Of a stretch of 64,000 bases of DNA, positions 51,401-64,000 are shown one piece after another. The stretch is from Antedon mediterranea (taxonomy: Eukaryota; Animalia; Echinodermata): contig NC_092679.1 in the NCBI RefSeq assembly GCF_964355755.1, positions 18,273,432 to 18,337,431 of the forward strand. Direction: 5' to 3'. The translations under genes and the position numbers were made by a program. The notes beneath the pieces are model-generated. The model searched no databases. It saw only the letters and a program-made list of their open reading frames with translations, and was not told the origin of the DNA. Each line of letters opens with the position of its first letter. Positions within the stretch are counted from its first letter, which is position 1.

Positions 51401-54400
51401 CATCAAAGAGTGAAGTGATCTACATTTAACTACTTATTTTTATCAATTTTATCGATATATGGCGGGTTAATGCATGTTGGATGGTTAATTTAAGTATTCA
51501 TTCACACTTTCTAAACCAAAAAAACTTTTTTTGATTATCTACTGTAGGCGATTGCTACAAATGGGTGTGTACAATTCCGAGCTGTTTAACAACATAGGCT
51601 TATGTTGTTTCTATTCCCAGCAGTATGACATGACGTTAAGTTGTTTTGAGCGTGCATTATCGCTCGCTAATGATGATAATTCAATCGCGGATGTCTGGTA
51701 TAATATTGGACATGTTGCATTGGTAGGTTAAAGTTGCGTTCGCACTGGGCCTTGATTTGGTTTGGGGACCGGAGAAAAATCAGGGCAATGTTGCGTTTTT
51801 GGATCACACATTATATACGTTTTGTATGGAATCCCGAATGCATTGCTGTGAACGCTTGTATTCCTAAACTCTCTGGCTCAGTGTGAACGCAAGTTAAGAC
51901 TCCAATATTAAATTTAAATGTATGTGTACAAGAACTAAACCTTCCATTTCTAGACTTTGGTTTTGTATTGAGTGTTGATTAGTTTCACTTTTTAGATACA
52001 GTTGTATAAAAATTAGGAATATTACAATTCATTCCAAACGTTAAAGTTAAGAATGAATTAAAAAAACATAAATTTCTAAAGCTCTGTTTACACAATCAAA
52101 CTTTTTGTGAGAACACGATGATGCATGTCACTGCCACATTTGGGCAGATCACATTTTTTGGTCAAACTGGTTTGATAGTGTAGGCAGAACTTAAAACAGA
52201 CTACATTAAATAAAAAAAACAATAAAAAATACAATAATGAGTTGTTTTTACTAGATATTGAACACAAGTTAGTATTAAATGTGTATTTTGGTATTGCAAT
52301 ACAGGGTATAGGAGACACAAACCTTGGCTATCAATGTTTCCGTTTAGCTATTTCATCCAACAACGACCATGCAGAAGCATACAACAATCTAGGGGCCCTG
52401 GAGCTACGCAAAGGCCGTATAGAACAGGTGAGTTACCACAGGCTACACTATGCTTTTCAATTAAGATTCAGATTTTTCAATAGTGTGCCACCTTAATAAA
52501 TAAAAAAAATACATATATATATATACATATATTTGCACTGATGAAGGGCTAGTGTTGCCCAAAAGCTCTGCTAACTTTTCTGGCTGTTTTACTTTATAGT
52601 TATGATCTTTTCACTTTTATTTGTATCTCCATTGATATCCAGCCACTGATACCCACAGCATTGTCATTTTGTCAGTGCTTATTTTATTTGTATCTCCATT
52701 GAGATCCAGCCACTGATACCCACAGCATTGTTTTTTTTCAGTGCCTATTTTATTTGTATCTCCATTGAGATCCAGCCGCTGATACCCACAGAATTGTAAT
52801 TTTTCAGTAATTTTCCTTTGGATTTACATTATATACATATATATACACAAAGGAAACAAGAAGGAGTTTTATAATATGTTTAAATTAGATTTATATATAA
52901 TATATAATAATTAAGAACACCTAATATTCACGTAAAAGCAGATTATGTCTATTTTCATTTTATCCATTCATATATAATAATAGATTTGTTTTGTATATTT
53001 TCCATTTCCTTCCTTGTGAATAGAAAGTAATCTCAATTTCATGGGAAATTATGTATTTGGATTGTTAAACTTTCTACGGCCTTTCCTTGGAGACAGGCTA
53101 ATTTATAATATCCGCAGATCACACTTATAGATATCTGTACTGTACTATAAACTTTTTAAATAATCATCAAGGTGCATCAACATCATTAGGATTAGCATAT
53201 CTTAGTAATGTAATTTTCTCCACTAACTACATAAGTGGTTATACGTTTGTTAAATATATGGTTTATGTTGTGAAAAATGCATATTTTTGATTAAAGATGT
53301 ATTGTACCCTAAAAACATGAAAAATGAAGATTAATTAAATCAGACTTTCAATATGTTATTATGTAGTTTTAATAAAGGTAATCATTTCCGTAGAAAAAAA
53401 CATTTAAAAAATAATGTTTTCACTTATAAAATGACAAAATAAATGGTTAAATTCAACCAAAAACACATTGGCTGGCAGCCAATTTGACCGGCAGCCAATT
53501 TGACCATTTTTTGCTTTAAATTACAGTTTTTTCAGGTAAATACAGTTTTTTTTTCTATTATGTTACATTAAAATGGCATATTCAACAAAAAGTTTTTTAA
53601 CAATTATTTTCTGTGGGGACAATACATCTTTAAAAGGAATATTTTGCATTGGTCCAGATATTCAGAATTCAACGAGATTTGAACTAGTGCTTTTATAATT
53701 TCAGGCACGTGCATTTTTTCAGTCAGCTCAAAGTTTATCACCTCACATGTTTGAACCACATTTTAACTATGCGTCGCTGTGTGACCAGGTATTTATTTTT
53801 GTATTTTGTGTGTGTGTCATTTAGTATTACTGAATTTTTAAAAATAATTGTAGTGTACAGTACATTTGTATCGACAGGTGAATACTGTAAAAGGTCTTGG
53901 TGCGAAGTCTGAATTTTAAAGCTTGGTTCCCACTAGAATGTAACGCAAGGACATAAACGCAACGCAAGCGTTTTAACCAATGACAAGCGAAGTTATAGAC
54001 AGTTAGCAATCACAAGCGAATAAGCCATCGCTTGTGATTAGTCAATTCACTTGCGTTTTGTTACATCCTTGCGTTGCGTCGCCAGTGGGAACCACGCTTA
54101 AAGGGGGTAGTTACAGTACACTTATCCCGGGATACTACATTTAAATCTGTGAAGTTCTACTGTTCTCCTATTAGAGAGACAAACCAACAATGTGTCCTCT
54201 TTATAGAGGTTTACCCAGAATAGGGGTGTCTCAAAGGTAGGGGGAAGGTGGGGGGGGGGGGAGGGTATAATTTATATAATAATAAGATAAGATACATTTA
54301 TATTATGTAATTTTTATTTTAAACAAATTTTATTTTTTTTAGATTGGAGATTTACAAAGCAGTTATAATTCAGCCCAGCGAGCTGTTTCTGCTTACAATG

Positions 54401-54459
54401 ACCACTGTGATTCTAAAGACCTTTTGAAACAGCTGAAAAAACATTTTGCCTTACTCTAG
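48491..54459 (+). CDS. TTC8: tetratricopeptide repeat protein 8 (BBS8, BBSome subunit)
   Basis: Exons 48491-48592 (MDPLYLAMSLYRRRKYD..EKNPYDQ), 49028-49148, 49380-49600 (RPMSQSGRPLSGFVRPGTQSGRPGTMEQAIRTPRTA), 49679-49768, 49907-50037 (KDWWWKVQLGKCYYR), 50418-50616, 51074-51213, 51548-51722, 52305-52427, 53705-53788, 54343-54459 (..LKQLKKHFALL TAG). In frame and BBS8-diagnostic. Confidence 0.96.
51731..51895. mobile_element. small MITE in TTC8 intron
   Basis: TTGCGTTCGCACTG...CAGTGTGAACGCAA terminal inverted repeat. Confidence 0.5.
52535..52571 (+). ncRNA. minimal type I hammerhead ribozyme motif (Penelope-type), with core substitution
   Basis: GCA-CTGATGA-A-GGGC-tagtgtt-GCCC-AAAA-GCTC-TGC: stem I GCA/TGC, stem II GGGC/GCCC, palindromic AGCT in place of helix III. 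GAAA is mutated to AAAA. Confidence 0.6.
52610..52810. repeat. 3 x ~68-bp tandem repeat downstream of the hammerhead motif
   Basis: TTTTATTTGTATCTCCATTGAGATCCAGCCACTGATACCCACAGCATTGT. Confidence 0.85.
53295..53629. mobile_element. TTAA-flanked MITE (Kolobok-like)
   Basis: TTAA|AGATGTATTGT...ACAATACATCT|TTAA. Confidence 0.65.
53920..54098. mobile_element. Harbinger-like MITE
   Basis: AGCTTGGTTCCCACT...AGTGGGAACCACGCT with internal AACGCAAG inverted repeats. Confidence 0.6.
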
Positions 54460-57400
54460 GTTATTTTATTAACATACATTATATATTTATTTATGTGAAA
54501 ATTGTATATAATTATATCAAGCAAATATATAAATAAGGCATAGAGAAATTATTTAAAAAAAATTAATTCAGAAACCGTGAAGATGAGGAAATCTGCGAGA
54601 ATCAAAAAAACTTTCCCCAACTGTTATTCGAACTCGGAATCTTCTGCTTGATATGCCGACATCCTACCATCACTTTAGTGGTAATTATTTATTATAATAT
54701 TATTTTTTATTCATTATGATAAGAACCTTAGATTATCTGCGATGGACAAAATATAGACCCCCGAGAATCTACTGCTTGATATGACATCATACCCTCAGAT
54801 CGTTTTTACGGTATGGTTTAAATATTAATTATTTATTATAATATAATTTTTTATTCATTATGACTTTAACCTTGTTTGCAAAAGACTATTCGAAAGACGC
54901 AATTATATAGATAAACATTTTCACATTTTGCCATTTAGTAATATAGTTCTCCTAAAGTGAATAGTAAGGCACTGTTCATAAAAGTCTTATTTTACTCCAT
55001 TACATCAAAAGTCCTTTTGTTTTTGTAGACAGTGCATTACAGTATGCATTAAACTAATGTGTTCTTTCATTGTGAATCAAGTTTCAATATGCTGTGTGGC
55101 AGATTGTGATCTTATATTGTGTTCTGTTATTTTATCTGATAAAAGAAATTTGATATACTTATATACATCTGCATAAAATGCACATACAGTACTGCATTTT
55201 ATTAATTGAATAGATAATACATGTACTCTGGCTTAAATAACACTTTAAACTTCAATCAATCATGTTACGGTAGGTAACAGCCTCTATTCAGACGTACGGT
55301 AACAGTTAAGTGGAAAACCGTGTAGCTTGTCTCGTCTAGAATCTGTCTATATTGAGCAGGAACTGCACATTGGCTCCGCGTTGTGTGTAAATAGTCATTT
55401 CATTTCTGTTCATTGCTAATAATATGACAACCTCATTTTTTTTAACTTGCTGCTGTGGGTTTTTCCACTTTATAGTTCTTGTTTTCGTTAGAACCAATCA
55501 GGGAGTTTTTATAACAACTGGTCCAATATACAGTAACACTATTCCTAACAGCCAAATGCCATAAGCTAATTTTATCAATAGCGTTTTGTGATTAATGCAA
55601 CATGGATGCTAAGAAACATAAAGAAAGTTGTTTACAGTATGTCACTAAGAATCAAAATGGCTGAAATAATATACACAATCCAAAGAAAAAATATTAATCA
55701 TTTGAAAAATACAAATTGAGAATTGTATGTGTAATTAAAATATTACGTTATGATCTTAATTTTACCAACAAAAAGATCATACAAAAACATTGTTGAAAAT
55801 AATGTATCTGCATTTTATAATTAGATTATAAACTTTTAGAGTGAATAATAGTTTAGTAGGAAACAATGTTTTTCCTCCATAACCTCTATTACTACATGGT
55901 GTTTTCTGTAAGCTATGGCAAGCTTAGCGTGCATAAATCAATAGCTGATACTATACAGTTACTGTTATACAAAGTGGCTTATGGATTTGTACACACACAC
56001 CAATTCAATTCATGCATGAATAAATCATAGGTGTTTTTAATGCTTGATGTCGTTTTTATAATCTACAGATGGGATTGAACCCACATGGTTGTCCTTGTCC
56101 AGTAACTTGTTTATTGATTTTTCGCATTCAGTATTTTTTCTATTTTGTATGCTTTTTGTTTTGAGAGGAGACAATTTGTTGATGTTTTAAATTTGAATTT
56201 ATTTGAAAAATTGCTTTAATATAGAAGACACATATTTTCCAAAAAGTTTTTTCTAAACTAAATCATCTAAGAATTGCGAACATAAAGTAATATTAAGCAT
56301 AAGATAACAAGTTAATTATTAAAAATGATATTGAAAATATGATGATGAAACGAAACTAATTGTTTTGGATATCCCAGAAATGTATTTTAATGTGTGGATG
56401 TATTCTGGATACAATATTAATATCAGATGAAAAAAAAACTACTGTTTCTTACTGTATATATTCTTCCATTGTTTGTATACTACAATTGCAATGTTTACTG
56501 GAGAGTATTGTATTGACAATGAAGATTAAACTCCTTAAAAGTAACCAGCTATAGGCATACCATTCGTTTTCCCAGGTGCAGTACCATGGGGAATACATTA
56601 TATCCTAAAGGAAGTACTTATGTTTGTGGTAACTAATGCACATTATGTTGTAAATGACCCCAGTTAATGACCTTCACTGGTGGGCGTTGCTAGAATGTGT
56701 TTTCTAATGACATATTACATCTTGTGTATATGTTTTTGAATGAAAATCTAGCCAAGCTATAAAATCTGCTAATCCAAGTATAAATAATAAACATTACCTA
56801 GTAATAACCCACTGACAATTTTGTATTGATTTTGTGGATTCCATTATCAATGTATTACAATATTTTTAGGATGAATATGTTTTATTGATTATTTTTTTTA
56901 AATAAAATTTGGTACTAGTGAACACAAAAATTTGATCAATTTTTACATATTTAGTTTTTAAAAGGGATAAACTTGTTTGCTTCTAAGCATAAATACTAAT
57001 AAATAAATAATTGTGGTCTAACCGTATGAAACTTAACCTGTAAATGAAAAGTTTTAGGTTCGAATCTTACTACTCTTCCATAACTCCCAAATAAAGAGAA
57101 AATGTATTTTAAAATACATCTGATATCTTTAATGACTCTTGGAGAGACTAAATATTTTCTTTTTGCAATAATTTGTGAATGATTAAACTACTTCATAAAA
57201 GCCCTCTTCAAGAGATTGACTTTATTAATCGTCTTTGCAATAAATTATTTGAAGACTATAATATGTATACGTCAATATTATAATTTCCTGTTGGATAAGA
57301 TAGAGTACTTTAATTTGTTTCATATTTCATCTGAATATAGGATGTGTATCTTGTATGACCTAGCGTCATTAAGTGTTTAATGGCATTTCATGCAATCTGA

Positions 57401-59187
57401 TTTCTTGCTTTTCTCTTACCTTTTTAACATAATTGAAAGCCGTTTTTATCTACTATCGCGTCAATTGAGCAGCTATAGATAATCCCATTTCGAATAGTGT
57501 TCAAATTTCTTTATCCTGCATTTTATGTACACTATTACCGTACGCTTTACATCCCATCCAAAGAACAGGCAATAGGAGTAATGCATCTTGCATAAAGCTC
57601 TGTCTACATTGTCAAACTAGTTTGACAAAAAAAAGTGTGATGTGATCAAATATGTCTATATTTGGACACATCACATTTTTTTGTCACATAAAGATGTCAC
57701 AGACAGGTCTCGAACCCATACCTCCGACATACTAGTCCGATTACCTTACCATTACGTCACATCTACTCTCTTTTACTACTCCACAACAATAGTGTGTTTT
57801 AGGCATTTTTTTCTTTTTGCAGACTCCATTGATAATGAGGGAGAGTCTTTGTGAGTCAAAATCTGTTTTACAAAAATATTTTATTTCAGTTCAAAAGGCA
57901 TAAAATAAACATCTACTTCTTTCTAGGCATCTGCAACACATTGGACTGTGTATAAAATATTTAGTTTAAAAACAATGTTTAACATCTGTTTGAAATTCAT
58001 TTTATTGGAAAATGGATTTATTGACCCATGTACAATTCTATATTGGTGTGAAAAATGATGCAATGAACTGTCAAAATAGCTCTTTACGATCGTTACACGC
58101 GACAAATTATTAAGCTACGTTTGAAAACATTTGTACATGAAGCCTAATGCTGTTAACTCACCTGCAAACAGACACACATTTTAGTAAGATTTTAGAAATT
58201 TATTCTTAATTTTAGCTTTTAAAAATATGTTTTAAGCTCAATTCTGGATTTGTGAGCAGTCGACTAATTTATATATAAATACATTCAAACAAGAACTTCA
58301 TCTAATATTTTTCAACCTACTGTTTTTTTTAAATTTTTAAATCTACAAATTCCCCAGCAACAATGCTGCAATAATTTTCTTCCTTTTTCCATACTATATC
58401 AAAATTCAAATGCAATGTATTACTGTATATTAAATTAACTTTTTTCTCTCATGTTTTATACTTATACAATTTTTAATTTATTAAAACATATTTATTTATT
58501 TTTGATATTATGGTATTGCACATGATAAAGCCTAAAAGAGTTAGGTTGCTGTAAGTTGTTCCAAAATGTCTAAAAAAACAAATCAACAAATTTCGTTTGG
58601 CATAATAATGGAAAATAATTGCTAAATGAAAGCTATAAAACAAAAACTAAGGAGTTGCATGTTGAGCTCTCGAAAGTGGGTTCTCGGTGTCCTTTTAATT
58701 AATTTAATGATTTTTAATTTTAAATTTTGTATTTCACACCCACAAACATATTTTTTCTGCATAATTATTGGACTTTATCGTAATATATTATTGTTAATGT
58801 TATTACATTGTTATACAGTAGTTTAATTATGCATATTTCAAATGGCCAAGACAGAAATTATTAATTTCTACTATGGAATATCCATGTTTATGCAGTAGGC
58901 TATCATTTTATCACCCTATCCCCAGTTAGCGGTGATGGTGTATCCCCATACTCCGGTTTGGGTGCTAGCTTGGTGTTTTGGTCTTTTTGTTTTCTTCCTT
59001 TTGTTTTCCACTCTTTTTCTTTATTGTCGAGCGCATAGAGACATCATTTATATGCGCTATATAAATCTATCTATTATTATTTATCTCCCTTCCAACAATT
59101 GCAGCAATTCTTATTAAGAGAAAGGACTTGAACCCAGAACTTTAGCATTTGACCAGTTGACCACTAAACTGCAATTCCACACAAAGT

Positions 59188-61495
59188 TTATATTTTGACT
59201 TTAGTTCCATTGATAAGATAATAGTGATTTTGGTGGTAGCTAGCAGGGCGGATTTTGTAGATGTAAAATTCTAGTAAATACATTTCCTTTGGGTTTACAT
59301 AGTGGAATGTAATTATGTAATCTGAACAGCATTCTCTGCCCTGTAAAAAAAAAATCAAAGTTAATTAACTAAAGTTTAGGTTTATTGATTCAGTCTGTAC
59401 TTCCTCTAGCTGGTTTAATATTCATTTTTTAAAAACAAATCCAAAAACCACCTGCTTATTGCACTCGGAAAGAGGACACTGTATTAACAATTAAAAAACA
59501 CTAACTAAAGACTTAGAGAATAAGAGTTCAATACAGAAACTGGCATTGCATTGTGGGATATTAGGCAAACGATTTGATTTTACCAATTTTAGCATCACTG
59601 TTTAACCCATATGTGCAGGCCTGTTTCCAGCCTATCCGAAGAACAGTCTAAATCCCCCTTACAATGACCTATTTAAACCAGCATCATGTCTGATGTGGAC
59701 AGTTATACTTACCACTTTTAGTGGATATTTTTGGTAAGACCAATACCAAAAATTTTTAGGCATTGACCCCAAAAAGTACTCTAGTCCAAAAGGCAGAAAG
59801 CGAGTTCTATTTAGCGAGTCTCTTGAATCCCCGGCAACTACACCGACATTTTGTAAACATTTGCCCAATTCTACATCTTCCGCACCACTGCCACTGGCAC
59901 TGCATTTGTCTCCATTTGGCAATGCCTTGTTAACAAAACGGTCCAACGCTTCTTTACTTAAAACGTATCCGGCGCCACCACTCATGTAACCCTGCCGCAC
60001 GAATGTTTTAAAATTATGTCCAAAATAAATTGGATCTGATGAATTCTGAGAAGCGAGCATATATTTCAAATTTTCAACAATTAAAAATGTGTCGTCGTCC
60101 GCTTTAAGAAACCAGTCGGCTTCGTCGAAGTGATGTTTGTATATATATTTGAATGCTTCCTTTGTTTTTGCCCATAATGCATCTCTTCCTTCAGTTACGT
60201 TCAACCCGATGGACGGGAACGAGGAATTCTCTACCGAGCTCATGTATAGTGTCTTATCGCATCTCCAGCCCCAAGTATTTTTAACATGTCGTGCTTTTGA
60301 TAGTAATGTAAATGGGGATGTCATGACCCAGCAAAGCACGCGTACGTTTAAGAATTTATCATCTGAATCATCTGCAATCTTGGTTAGATTATGTAATATT
60401 TTATGATCCATTATAGTTGACTCATCTAAGAAAAATAAAATTATATCAAATTTTTAATATTTTTATTATGATATATCATCATTCATTATTTTCATACAAA
60501 ATGAACAAAAAAATAAAATACAAGAGCTTGATAAATAATAAAAAAGAACATTGAAACAAGGGCATCCCAATGATTGAACTAAATCGCTGTTAAGCGGGTG
60601 CCCTATCATAATGTACAAAACATTAAGATAAATTTAAATCTGTAAAAAAAAATTTTTTTTTAGATGTGTGAAAATAACTAAATTTAATACTCTAGTATTA
60701 AATTTAATACTCTAGTATTAATACTCTAGTATTAAATTATGAGATTAAAGCAAAATAGATTTAATTTTTTTTTAGTATTCAAAAACCTTTGTACAGTAGC
60801 ATAGCATAACAAGCTTTACATTTACAGTGATAAATCAGATAATATTATAAATACAGTACATAATTTACATTTCCCATAAGAGCACTTTTTACAGTAATTT
60901 AAACATTGCAGATGACAGAAATTACATTTCATGGTGTAATTTATTGATTAAAGTGAAATCATCATCATATCATTTGAATGCAGAAATAAAAAAAAAAAGA
61001 CTGGATAATCATCCACAATATTAAGAAATGTCTTAAAGCTCTGTCTACACATCAAACTTAAAAGAAAAATGAATATCAAAATACTGGGTGCATCAATTTT
61101 AAGTCAATAAGAACACTTTGGTAGATTATTCATAATCATGGTAACCCAGATTCTTCTCAGAAGGGTTGTCTTGTATATATACCCCTCACAAGCTCAAAAG
61201 GCTTTGTCTCTGAAGACTCTGAAGGTCTACAGTATTTTTATTTAGTTTAGGCCTATCTGACATCGAAATACTTACTTGTTAGACGGTTGTATTGAACTTT
61301 ATACTGACGGGAGGACACTGGTTCCGATTTGTTGAGGAATCTCTGTTGCGTGTATTGTTTTATTGGTGAACTGCCAATAAAGTCAGTGCCATGAACACTT
61401 GATGTTGAGATCATAATGAGTGCCAGAAGAAACCCACTTACAAACAACACCAAACCAATAAGTCCGTGGCGAACTGTGGAAATTCCAGTGGCCAT
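59188..61495 (-). CDS. C1GALT1: core 1 beta-1,3-galactosyltransferase (T-synthase)-like, GT31
   Basis: Exons 61495-61276 (type II TM anchor), 60425-59713 (VRVLCWVMTSP, WFLKADDDT, GYMSGGAGYVLS, AEDVELGKC), 59340-59188 (GRECCSDYIITFHYVNPKEMYLLE..TAA). In frame. Orthology versus paralogy is not resolvable. Confidence 0.92.
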
Positions 61496-63127
61496 TTTGT
61501 TAGCTGCTTTGTGTCATAATAAGTTATAAATACACTCCAATAAACATGAGCTAAAACAACAAACTCTACTTAGTAATGGTACTCAGAAACCGTGTATCAA
61601 AAATGTGGTGTCGGAGTCGAGTCAGACAGGACATAAAATGACCTGAAGAACTTATTATGTTGGCGTCAACCATTTGTAGGTTCATGCCAAAGAGGAAGAA
61701 ATTGCCGTGTCAAAAGTTGTTTTATTCAAATTTTAAGCGCTTCCGTTTGCTCAGTTAATCTTTATGGGGTTTATAGACACTAGTCGTGTGTTCCAATTAT
61801 AAGATGTTTAATTGATATTGAACATTATTTAAAAAGATTTCCTCAAACATAAATGGAAGATTCCAATAAGTTGTAAGCGTTGTAGAGGGCGCTGGTAGAG
61901 TATGGGTAGATGATATGTGCCGAAACTCGGAACTTTGCATCAAACTTAAAAATATAAAATGAAAAACACATTACTGAAAAATTAAAATACTGTGGGTATT
62001 AGTGGGTGGATCTCAATAAAGATGCAAATTAATTAGTGTACAAGATATACTCTCTTTCTTCAAGCCGCAAGCGTTATGTAATTGGCCTAAAATAAGATGC
62101 CACACTGGATGTTCATTACTATAAAAAAAAATTTAAAAGAATCAGAAATCTTTCGGAAATTGAATAATATAAGTCATTGATTAATAAGGTTTTTAAAATG
62201 TTTCGTTAAAAATCAAACCAGCATTTTTTTCTTAAAGAAGAAGAATCAAAAGTAGTCCGCTGTTGCCTCATTCATTATAATTATTCTCGCGAGTTGTGTA
62301 ACTTGTGACTTAATCCAGCACTCCATTCAAGCATGATATCCTTCTTCAGAAAAGGAAGTGACGTCTGGTTGTAATTTGTATTCATTCCAGACCAGCAGAC
62401 GGTCGAACGAAAGATCTATCAATTAATTAATTGAGAGTGGACTGGAATGCCGCAGCGACTGCATGCGCAGCCGACACCCCAAATGAAACGAACTTTAGCC
62501 TTTTGACGGCCGGATGAGCAAGCTCTACAGTCCTCTTCTTGCTAGATAATCATCATAATGAATCTTTTCAAATCTATTTACTCCAGTCCGTCAGATTCAA
62601 AGAGATGGTAGTACTAACTATAAACAAAATATGCCTTAGTAAACACAAAAAGTAAGTATTGTATATGTGTTATAGTAAAGTTTCTATTTCTTTGTCACTA
62701 AAATGTAAGTTTAATAAAGTTATTTGAACTAAGTATAACAAATGTGAACCACATAATATAATACAGATAATTACTACTTTATAATTCCTTCCGTATAACA
62801 ATAACATGATCTTTTTTTATGAACAGCAGACCATATAAATTAGTCACAGAGAGTCGATTTTGGTGACGTGTTGAGGGGTAAAACGAGATTTACTACTGCC
62901 AATCTTAACACATCGCGTTGTGGAAAAAAAATCGTCCATCGCAAAACCATGGAAAAATAAGTTATAACTTGTATTATTTATCCATGGTTTGAACATCAGG
63001 GAGTCGTAATTAGAAAACAACTCCTTCTGTAAAATCAAGAACCACAAACTCTTTCGTAGATCGTTAATACTGCCCTCTACAGTTATTTAGAGAGGGATGT
63101 TTAGTGGAGTTGTTAAAAAATGAACAA

Positions 63128-63158
63128 CCAATCGTATGTTAAGAGGCGCAAATTCGAA
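63128..63158 (+). promoter_or_regulatory. CCAAT box plus CDE/CHR-like cell-cycle element upstream of NUSAP1
   Basis: CCAAT at 63128; GGCG-caaa-TTCGAA at 63145-63158, ~100 bp before the ATG. Confidence 0.5.
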
Positions 63159-63254
63159 CTCGCCGCGCCGTTGTGTTGTTACTTTTTAAGGAGCGTTTTT
63201 CGTCGTGTTTATTTTTAAAATAAGACATAATATTGAACACTTATTCTTAGAAAC

Positions 63255-63338
63255 ATGGATAGTGATCATCTTAAATCATTGAAGTATTCGGAGTTGAGAA
63301 AATTAGCCAAGAAAAATGGGGTGAAAGCGAATTTAAAG
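63255..63338 (+). CDS. NUSAP1: nucleolar and spindle-associated protein 1, first coding exon (gene continues beyond the window)
   Basis: MDSDHLKSLKYSELRKLAKKNGVKANLK followed by GTATGT donor. Resembles the NUSAP1 N-terminal SAP motif (LKYSDLQ.LAK.LG.RANL). Confidence 0.8.
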
Positions 63339-64000
63339 GTATGTGAATAATGATTTTCCACAACAACAACAAAAGTCAGAGAGCAGACTAGGCTAGCCTA
63401 GCTAGCTAGACTGCTGCTGCTGGTCCAGCTAGCAGTGTGGTAGGGTAGGCTAGTCCAGACTGGCCTACTGGGCTACTATACTAGGCTTAGTACTGGCTAG
63501 GCCTAGGTTGCCAGGGCATATGACCGGTTGGGCCGCCGACAAGTTGAGCCGCCGGTAATTTCTATGAAACGCCCAGCGCGTCTTTTACGACATTTCGCGT
63601 AGTGATTAGAGCTAGGTACGAGTCAATCTGTGACGTCACTCACTTAAATTCGGTTCTGTTTTTTTGATCCCAAAATATCGTGTGGGCGCAACAAGCCCTT
63701 TGGGAATTTACGTTTTTAAATCAGTTTTCATTGGCTAATTTAAGGGATTTGATGTCAGACAGGTCATTTAAAGTTCAATCTTGGGTCAGGAAACTTTTTT
63801 TTTTCAAACAGTGATCGTCAAATTTTTTGGCAGCGTTTTGAACATTTGAGTCGAATAAAAGTCGTTTTTTTTTAGCATTGCGTAAGTAATAAATTCAATT
63901 ATTATGACGGTAAACAGTAGTTCATGTATTTAGGTATATTTCTGCCAAATATGAAAGCAATTAGATAATTAACGGTAGAATGTGATCGATCGCCGTGATC

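Noticed and set aside
54610-54800. tRNA genes (TTCGAA B-box-like on the minus strand); similar at ~50130
   Set aside because: No cloverleaf can be folded. They look like decayed SINE heads.
57923-58161. Alternative last coding exon of C1GALT1
   Set aside because: Immediate stop in the required frame and no GT31 similarity.
62844-63047. OIP5-like gene head-to-head with NUSAP1, as in vertebrates
   Set aside because: The ORF lacks the Yippee/Mis18 CxxC motifs and clear splice structure.

Overview
AT-rich, intron-rich animal genomic DNA, most likely from an invertebrate (possibly a deuterostome; the species cannot be determined from sequence alone). Spliced genes reconstructed by eye: a Shisa-like membrane protein (+), two tandem cornifelin/PLAC8-family genes (+), a complete AKT/PKB kinase gene (+, ~15 kb first coding intron), TTC8/BBS8 (+), a C1GALT1-like core-1 galactosyltransferase (-) and the first exon of NUSAP1 (+). 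The rest is transposon-rich: a nested Penelope/L2/Helentron-like stack, TTAA-flanked and Harbinger-like MITEs, tRNA-type SINEs and minisatellites. The most striking structure is a 4.2 kb near-palindromic Academ-type DNA transposon derivative inside the AKT intron, in which the XPG-nuclease/Cys-finger coding region is itself mirrored. Also notable: a FOXO-site-rich minisatellite in the same intron, minimal hammerhead ribozyme motifs, and tandemly duplicated splice sites around a Shisa exon. All homology calls come from motif recognition, not database searches.
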